Shown: positions 57,769-64,000 of the stretch, in pieces
Layout of the letters: every line of letters starts with the position of its first letter
Position numbering within the stretch: the first letter of the stretch is position 1
Assembly: GCA_002482535.1 (NCBI GenBank)
Contig: DLGE01000008.1
Span: forward strand, 15,157-79,156
Reading direction: 5' to 3'
Length of the DNA: 64,000 bases
DNA from: Peptococcaceae bacterium UBA7702
Lineage (GTDB): Bacteria; Bacillota; Dehalobacteriia; UBA7702
Translations under genes and position numbers: made by a program
The notes under the pieces: generated by a model
The model's input: the letters and a program-made list of their open reading frames with translations, nothing else
What the model was told of the DNA's origin: nothing
Databases searched by the model: none

Positions 57769-60213
57769 ATGAAGAAAATGAAGAAGATATTTTCAAGGAA
57801 GAGAAACCGTACCGTCGTGACGTTCCTTTTGGGGATCGCCCTTTGTCTTACTGCCTTTGCCGTGCTGGGTGAGACAACAGCCGACGCCGCCGGCACCAAA
57901 GTGACGACGTATATCGATAAAACCGTGGCCTACGCCAAAGGAAAAAACAATTCGGTGTTCTATGACGCAGTGGTGAAGAACGCCGGCTCCGACAGTACCG
58001 ATCAACTCATGCTGGCCCTGGGCCGGTATACGGCGCAGACAGTGGTGACCGCCGACGAATTTGCCAATTATCTCGGTTATGTCAACCGCAACCTGACGGA
58101 TAAAAAGGGCGTTTTGTCCTCCGCCGATGATTATCTCGACATCGCCTTGGCCGTGGGCGCCGCCGGCGGGGATGTCACCGCTGCCGGTACGGACAGCGGC
58201 GGCAACCGGATCAATTTGTTGTATAAAGGGATCTATTCCCGGAGCATCACCACGTTGAGGAACGAGGGTACGGCCACAGTGGCCGATGCCTTGTTGACCT
58301 TGGACGCCCTTCATGTTTCCGACGCGACGTTGCGCGCCTCCGGTTCCAGAGTCACGAGAGCGCAGCTGAAAGAGGAGCTCGTCACTTTTGCCAAAGATAC
58401 TTCGGTGTCAGACATTTCCCTTTGTGGCCTTGTGCTCCAGGCCTTAGGGCCTTATTATTGCGATCAGAACGCTGCAGTGGTGGCCGCCGTGGATATTCTC
58501 CTGCCAAAACTCAGCGGCCTCCAAGCCACCGACGGTTCCTTTAAGGACAGCGTCGTCGCCACCGGCCAGCTGCTCACCGGTATCTGCGCCTTAGGCCTTG
58601 ATCCCGCCGATAATAGCGGCGTCTTTCGGTACAGCATATACGACGGTTTACTGACTTTTTATAACAGCGACGGCGGTTTCGGCCTTTCCGCTGCCGGCTC
58701 TTCAACAGCGTCGGCCACCCACTACGGCCGTATTGCCCTTGTCGCCTACTGGTGCTATCAGGAGAACGCCCAGTTTTTTGACTTTGCCGGCCTTCCCGCC
58801 CATACGGCGAAAGCGATTCCCGCGTCAACTACGCCTTCATCACCATCTTCTTCCTCCTCTTCATCATCGTCTTCTAAGTCTTCCAAGTCTTCTAAGTCCT
58901 CTCCTGCTTCGTCCTCTGCTTCTTCTTCCGATACGGCTTCTGAGACGGCTTCCGACACGGCGTCGGCTCCGACGGTGGCGACGGCGGCAACGGGAACGAC
59001 CATTGAGAAATCGGTCTTTGAAGAGCTCAAGGGCCAGGATAAAACGTATATCTACGAGGGAACCTGGAATGAAGGGGAAGCTTATACCATCTCCTTTTAC
59101 GGAAAGAATATCCTCACCCCCATGGATTTTAACGCGGAAATCACCTCTATTACGGAAAACCAGTTGATGATCGACGCCGCCGTCGCGTCCCCGGAATGCA
59201 TCACCTTTTTGCATCAAGGGAATTTCCCCGGGAACGCCACGGTCACAGTGACGGTTTCCGTCCCCGACGGCGCCTATCAGTGTTATTATTATAACGCGGC
59301 TACCGGCGGTTTTGAGTTGGTCGGTGCGGTTACGGTCAGTGATGCCATGGTTAGCTTTGAAGTCAACAAAGGCGGCGACTACTTTCTCACCACCGAAGAG
59401 ATCGATACCGGCGGCATCGTCATGAACCTTGAAGATACGGTCAACGGTGTTGTCCCCCAGTCGGTGTTCGAGGGGATCAAAGGGAAAGACGTCAATCTCC
59501 GTTTGAAGGGTGCCACCGACCGTGGTACTGCTTACGCCATTGTCTTTAACGGCCTCGACGTCGCCAACCCCATGGATTTCAATATGCAGATCACGGAGAC
59601 TTCCGAGTATAGCGACGCCATTGCCCAATTGGCGGACAACGCCTGGATCCTCCATTTTGACCAGGATGGCGACATTCCCGGTACGGCTCTGGTGGAAATC
59701 GCCACCGAGTTGGACGAAGCCGACGCGTACACTCTGTTCTATTATGACGAAACTGCCATGCAGGCCAGTTATGTGGAAAAGGTCAGCATCAGCGACGGTA
59801 CCGCGCGGTTTACCATCGATCATTGCTCCGATTACTTTATTGCCCAGCGGGCCATCGCCGATTCCCTATTGGATACCGGCTTCACTTGGCAGATCAGTCC
59901 CCTGATCCTCACTTATCTGGTCGTCGTCGCGATCTTACTCGCCGCCGGCGTCGGCCTCCTGCTGCGCCGCCGCGGCGGTAAAAGCGGCCAAACCGGTGCC
60001 GGGAAAAAACAGAAAAAGCCCACCGCCCGGCAGCAGATCGCGGCGCGGAAAAAAGCCCAAGCCGCCGCGGCAGCTGCTGCCGCAACAGCGGAACCCGCGC
60101 CGTCGGAAACAGCACCGTCGCCGCATTCGCCGGCGTCCGTAACGGAACTTGCCGAAGCGGCAAAACCCGCCGGAGCAGAAGAGGACGACGCCCCAGCAGA
60201 AGCCGGGGTATAA
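57769..60213 (+). CDS. large secreted, C-terminally TM-anchored surface protein (alpha/alpha-repeat N-domain, Ser-rich linker, two paralogous beta-domains)
   Basis: Signal peptide, PSSPSSSSSSSSSSKSSKSSKSS linker, internal duplication (FEELKGQDK.. / FEGIKGKDV..), TM helix LILTYLVVVAILLAAGVGLLL and an Ala/Pro-rich tail. Confidence 0.7.
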   Translation: MKKMKKIFSRKRNRTVVTFLLGIALCLTAFAVLGETTADAAGTKVTTYIDKTVAYAKGKNNSVFYDAVVKNAGSDSTDQLMLALGRYTAQTVVTADEFANYLGYVNRNLTDKKGVLSSADDYLDIALAVGAAGGDVTAAGTDSGGNRINLLYKGIYSRSITTLRNEGTATVADALLTLDALHVSDATLRASGSRVTRAQLKEELVTFAKDTSVSDISLCGLVLQALGPYYCDQNAAVVAAVDILLPKLSGLQATDGSFKDSVVATGQLLTGICALGLDPADNSGVFRYSIYDGLLTFYNSDGGFGLSAAGSSTASATHYGRIALVAYWCYQENAQFFDFAGLPAHTAKAIPASTTPSSPSSSSSSSSSSKSSKSSKSSPASSSASSSDTASETASDTASAPTVATAATGTTIEKSVFEELKGQDKTYIYEGTWNEGEAYTISFYGKNILTPMDFNAEITSITENQLMIDAAVASPECITFLHQGNFPGNATVTVTVSVPDGAYQCYYYNAATGGFELVGAVTVSDAMVSFEVNKGGDYFLTTEEIDTGGIVMNLEDTVNGVVPQSVFEGIKGKDVNLRLKGATDRGTAYAIVFNGLDVANPMDFNMQITETSEYSDAIAQLADNAWILHFDQDGDIPGTALVEIATELDEADAYTLFYYDETAMQASYVEKVSISDGTARFTIDHCSDYFIAQRAIADSLLDTGFTWQISPLILTYLVVVAILLAAGVGLLLRRRGGKSGQTGAGKKQKKPTARQQIAARKKAQAAAAAAAATAEPAPSETAPSPHSPASVTELAEAAKPAGAEEDDAPAEAGV

Positions 60214-60253
60214 AGGCACTTAGAAAGAAAGAACTGCACAGAAAAGAGATCCT

Positions 60254-61810
60254 ATGGTAAAAGAAAAAAATGCGCTAAGAACCATCAACTATATCATTGT
60301 AATCACCCTAATCGGCAAATTGATGGGGCTTTACCGGGACAGGCTTATCGCGGTCACCTTCGGTACCGGCATGGATGCCAACGCCTTTTTGACGGCCAGC
60401 CTGATTCCCCGCGTCTTTTTCGACGTGGTCTTTGCTTCGGCGATCACCTCCTGTTTTATTCCGATTTTTAATGAGTATTTGACCAGGGACGGAGAAAAAC
60501 GCGGGTTTTTCTTCGCCCATTCCTTTATTACGCTGATGATCTGCGCCACGGCGCTGATTACGGCTTTGGGCATGGTGTTCTCCGGGGTTTTGGTGAATCT
60601 CTTCGGAGAAGGTTTCGATGCGGCCACCGCCGACCTTTGCCGGCAATTGCTGATCTATATGTTCCCCACGGTGATCTTTACCGGGGTGGCCTTTGCCTTT
60701 GTCGGCATTTTGCAGTCTTTGGGTGAATTCAACGTGCCGGCGGCCATCAGCATCGTCTCCAATGGCGTGATCATTCTTTATTTTTTCCTTTTCGGCGCTG
60801 ATTTTGGTGTTTACGGCTTGGCCGCGGCATTTCTTTTGGGTTGGCTGGGTCAGGCCTTGATCCAGCTGCCGTCACTGAAAAAGCGCAATTATGTTTACCG
60901 TCCCCGTTCCTTTTTGCGGGAGGACGGCATCAAAAAGGTGCTGCTGCTGATGGCGCCGGTGATGGTGTCCACCTGGGTGCAGCCGGTGAATATCTCCGTG
61001 GCCACCCGCTTCGCCTCTTTTCTTTACGAGGGCAGCGGTGCTTCGGCCTTGCAATATGCCAACAATCTCTATACGGTACTCATCGGCGTGATCGTCCTTT
61101 CCATTACCAATGTGATTTTTCCTAAAATGGCAAAGCTCAGCGCCGCTAAGGATGAAGTGGGTTTTGCCCGAGTGCTTTCGGTTTCCATGCGCTCCGTGAA
61201 TTTTTTGCTGATCCCTTTGACCGTCGGCACCATGGCCCTAAGTGCCGATGCCGTCAATTTAATCTATGGCGGCGGTGAGTTTAACGCCTTTTCCCTTACC
61301 ATTACGAAAGACGCCCTCTTCTGGCTTAGCCTCGGTATGCTGGGTTTCGGCGCCCAAACAGTGTTAACAAGGGCGTATTTTGCGGCACAGAAGGGGAAAG
61401 CGCCGCTTTTGGCAGGGGTTGCCTCGATTTTTGTGAATCTTTGCTGCTGTTTTGTTTTCGTCAGGTGGCTGGGCTTAAGCGGCCTGGCTCTCGCTTCTTC
61501 CCTGGCGGCGGTGGTCAACGCCGCTTTTCTCTGGGTACCTTTGCAGCGAAAATACAAAGCCCTTTGGCATAAGGCCCTCTGTTTCTCTTATTTGAAGATG
61601 ATTTTTGCCGCCGTGGTCATGGGCGGAGTCCTGCTGTTCCTTCATGATCTCTTCGTCCTCGACGCCGCGGCGAGCACATTGCTGAAAGGCGCTGTCTTCT
61701 TAGGTGAAACCCTGGCCGGCGTTATCGTCTATCTGGCCGTGGCCGGCGCTGTGAAGCTGGAAGAAACCGCGGTGGTCTTTGGCTATTGCCGGAGAAAATT
61801 GGGAAAATAA
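60254..61810 (+). CDS. murJ: MurJ/MviN-family flippase (copy 2)
   Basis: 518 aa, IGKLMGLYRDRLIAVTFGTGMDANAFLTA N-terminus, about 14 TM segments. Confidence 0.8.
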   Translation: MVKEKNALRTINYIIVITLIGKLMGLYRDRLIAVTFGTGMDANAFLTASLIPRVFFDVVFASAITSCFIPIFNEYLTRDGEKRGFFFAHSFITLMICATALITALGMVFSGVLVNLFGEGFDAATADLCRQLLIYMFPTVIFTGVAFAFVGILQSLGEFNVPAAISIVSNGVIILYFFLFGADFGVYGLAAAFLLGWLGQALIQLPSLKKRNYVYRPRSFLREDGIKKVLLLMAPVMVSTWVQPVNISVATRFASFLYEGSGASALQYANNLYTVLIGVIVLSITNVIFPKMAKLSAAKDEVGFARVLSVSMRSVNFLLIPLTVGTMALSADAVNLIYGGGEFNAFSLTITKDALFWLSLGMLGFGAQTVLTRAYFAAQKGKAPLLAGVASIFVNLCCCFVFVRWLGLSGLALASSLAAVVNAAFLWVPLQRKYKALWHKALCFSYLKMIFAAVVMGGVLLFLHDLFVLDAAASTLLKGAVFLGETLAGVIVYLAVAGAVKLEETAVVFGYCRRKLGK

Positions 61811-61831
61811 GTTTGGATAACGGAGAAGAAG

Positions 61832-64000
61832 ATGAAATATAAAATTCTCATGGCTTTGATGGGACTGGATATCGGTGGCGCGGAAACCCATGTCATCGAA
61901 CTCTCAAGGATGCTCGTAGCCGACGGTCATACCGTGGTTGTCGTCTCCAACGGCGGCGTTTACGAGGATACTTTAAAGACCTTAGGGATAAAGTCCTATC
62001 ACGCGCCGCTGACGAAAAAATCGCCTTCTGCGTTGATCGCTTCCTACCGGACGATCAAGGGCATCATTGAGGAAGAAAAGATCGATATTGTCCACTCCCA
62101 CGCTCGTATTCCCTCCAGTGTCTGCGGATTGCTCCACCGGCGGCTGAAGTTTCCTTTTCTGACCAGCGCCCACGGTCTGTTTTATACGGGACGTGGCTTT
62201 AAATATCTTAGCGAGTGGGGTCAGAAAACCATTGCCGTCAGCAAAGATATTGAACAATACCTGCTGTATAATTATAAAATCCTGAAAAGGGATATCGTTC
62301 TAACCATCAACGGCATCGATACCGACGCGTTTTCTCCCGAGGAAAAGGGGGAGGCGGTGAAAAAAGAATTTGGTCTCGGCTCCGAACCGGTGATCGTTCA
62401 CGTCAGCCGTCTCGATCCGGAAACGGAGCTTACGGCAAAACTGCTGATTTCCCTGGCTCCCGATATCGACGCTCTGCTCCCCGGATTTACCCTGCTCATT
62501 GCCGGCAACGGCAAATCCATGCCGGAAGTGGAAAAATTGAGCGAAGCGGTAAACCAGCAATTGGGACGACCTTGCGTCCGCCTGGCGGGACGGCGCACGG
62601 ATATCGCCCAGATTGTCGCTGTCGGTGATCTTGTCGTCGGCGTGAGCCGCGCGGCCCTGGAAGGGATGTCCGCGGGAAAACCGGTGATCCTTTCCGGTTC
62701 TCAGGGTTTTATGGGTTTGTTTGACGAAACGAAGCGCCTGGCCGCTGTGGACAATAATTTTTGCGGCCGCGGTTTCGCCCTGCCCACCAAGGAGAATCTT
62801 TTCACCGCGTTACGCGCCGCCTTTTGTCAACGTGATCCAAAGGAGAGAGAAGCCTTGGGTCTTTACGGTCGGGAGGTGATCAAAGCCGAATATTCCTTAA
62901 AGCGTATGAAAGAAGACTGCGAAAAGGCTTATGACGCGGTTTGGAATCTTTCTTCCGGTAATGTTCGCCGTATCGTTTTATCCGGTTATTACGGTTTTCG
63001 CAATGCCGGTGACGACGCGATCTTATCTTCCATCATCTCGTCTCTGCTCGACCGCCGTGACGATGTGCGGTTGACGGTACTCTCCAACCGGCCCCAGGAA
63101 ACACGGCGGCTTTTCGATGTAGAATCCGTCTACCGTTTTCATTATCCGAGAATTTACCGCTGTCTTAAAAAATGCGACGTACTGGTCAGTGGCGGCGGCT
63201 CCCTGCTTCAGGACAGGACGAGCACCCGTTCGCTGGTGTATTACCTTTCCTTGATGCATATGGCGAAAAACCTTGGCAAAAAGGTAATGTTATACGCCAA
63301 CGGCATCGGTCCTGTGAGCAAAAAGAGCAATCGTCTGCGGGTGAAAAAACAAATCGACCATATTGACCTGATCACCTTGCGGGAGGAAAAATCAAAAGTG
63401 GAATTGGCCCGCCTTGGCGTCACGAAGCCGCCGATCTATATTACGGCAGACCCTGTCTTTATCATGGAATCCCCCCCGAAAGAACTGGTTCGGGGATATT
63501 TGCGCAAAGAGGGCATTCTTTCCCAAAGGCCGCGGATCGGCGTTTCTCTCCGGGATTGGCGGGGCATGGAGGCGACCCTTCCCGCCTTTGCCGCTTATCT
63601 TGATGAGATTTCCGCAAAGTTTAACATGGACATCGTCTTCATCGTTATGCAGCACTCCCACGATTTTGAGATCAGCGATAAGGTACGGCGGCTGATGAAT
63701 GAGGATTCTTATTTACTGATCGGTGATTATACCCCCAGTGAAATATTGGGAATTACCGGGGAAATGGACTATATTCTCAGTATGCGTCTGCATACCCTGA
63801 TTTTCGCCGCCAAGCAGCGTATTCCGATGATTGGCTATGTCTACGATCCGAAGATATCCTATTACCTCGACCAATTGGGGATGCTCTCCGCCGGAGAAAT
63901 CAGCGATTTTGATCAGGATACTTCGGTGGCGCTCTTTGCCGAACTGGTTCAATGCAGAAAACAGTATGTCGAGATTCTTGATGCCCATACCCGTGTGTTA
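61832..64000 (+). CDS. GT4 glycosyltransferase fused to CsaB-type pyruvyl transferase; 3' end outside the window (not in the supplied ORF track)
   Basis: I translated it by hand: 723 sense codons with no stop. ATG follows GGAGAAG. N-part LGLDIGGAETHVIEL..GVSRAALEGMSAGKPVI. From about 62950, VLSGYYGFRNAGDDAIL..LVSGGGSLLQD..LYANGIGP. Confidence 0.75.
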   Translation, partial: MKYKILMALMGLDIGGAETHVIELSRMLVADGHTVVVVSNGGVYEDTLKTLGIKSYHAPLTKKSPSALIASYRTIKGIIEEEKIDIVHSHARIPSSVCGLLHRRLKFPFLTSAHGLFYTGRGFKYLSEWGQKTIAVSKDIEQYLLYNYKILKRDIVLTINGIDTDAFSPEEKGEAVKKEFGLGSEPVIVHVSRLDPETELTAKLLISLAPDIDALLPGFTLLIAGNGKSMPEVEKLSEAVNQQLGRPCVRLAGRRTDIAQIVAVGDLVVGVSRAALEGMSAGKPVILSGSQGFMGLFDETKRLAAVDNNFCGRGFALPTKENLFTALRAAFCQRDPKEREALGLYGREVIKAEYSLKRMKEDCEKAYDAVWNLSSGNVRRIVLSGYYGFRNAGDDAILSSIISSLLDRRDDVRLTVLSNRPQETRRLFDVESVYRFHYPRIYRCLKKCDVLVSGGGSLLQDRTSTRSLVYYLSLMHMAKNLGKKVMLYANGIGPVSKKSNRLRVKKQIDHIDLITLREEKSKVELARLGVTKPPIYITADPVFIMESPPKELVRGYLRKEGILSQRPRIGVSLRDWRGMEATLPAFAAYLDEISAKFNMDIVFIVMQHSHDFEISDKVRRLMNEDSYLLIGDYTPSEILGITGEMDYILSMRLHTLIFAAKQRIPMIGYVYDPKISYYLDQLGMLSAGEISDFDQDTSVALFAELVQCRKQYVEILDAHTRVL

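Overview
This is a 64-kb chromosomal segment with the gene content of an endospore-forming Firmicute (Clostridia-like). GC looks mid-50s % by eye, with three visibly AT-richer patches; nothing was computed. I call about 60 protein genes. I recognised no rRNA, tRNA, CRISPR array, transposase or integrase.

Gene order, left to right:
- Fe-S aldo/keto-reductase fragment, a lipoprotein, then HAD + mntP.
- A MihF-like HhH protein.
- A 4-gene operon ending in an FHA-fused RodA/FtsW (SEDS) and a class B PBP.
- An RluA-family pseudouridine synthase.
- ctsR-mcsA-mcsB-clpC, then an AT-rich 2-gene insertion, then radA-disA-yacL-ispF plus a RACo-like corrinoid activase.
- rmuC and gltX.
- Two tandem terminator-ended sRNA-like units.
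- yabP-yabQ-divIC-like genes and a Ppx/GppA phosphatase.
- A GGGtGRT + NifU-like pair.
- A spore-coat block (CotS, GT4, LysM/SipL-like).
- deoC-cdd.
- An AT-rich island with a non-Pyl MttB-family methyltransferase, TetR and GntR.
- ileS-ACT-DUF711.
- Asparaginase, an orphan solute-binding protein and mtaD.
- A cell-envelope glycopolymer cluster of more than 17 kb: LCP, TagA-like, 2x CsaB-type pyruvyltransferase, 2x MurJ, TagO/WecA-like, an SH3b protein and a large anchored surface protein. It is interrupted by a GlpA-like FAD/NAD/DUF1667 redox trio.

An ORF open to the right window edge (61832 to 64000, a GT4-CsaB fusion) is absent from the supplied ORF track.

The most unusual signals are:
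1. A dispersed repeat whose conserved core is bracketed at each locus by a different, locally duplicated palindrome (30.49-30.73 kb and 35.35-35.50 kb). The same palindrome also flanks the mttB-tetR island.
2. Two paralogous sRNA-like units between gltX and yabP, with a covarying stem.
3. The AT-rich membrane-protein + mini-XRE cassette that splits clpC from radA.
4. The FHA-RodA/PBP operon with two unknown partner genes.
5. The GGGtGRT/NifU-like pair with a structured leader.

All functional calls rest on motifs read by eye from the translations. No database search was run.
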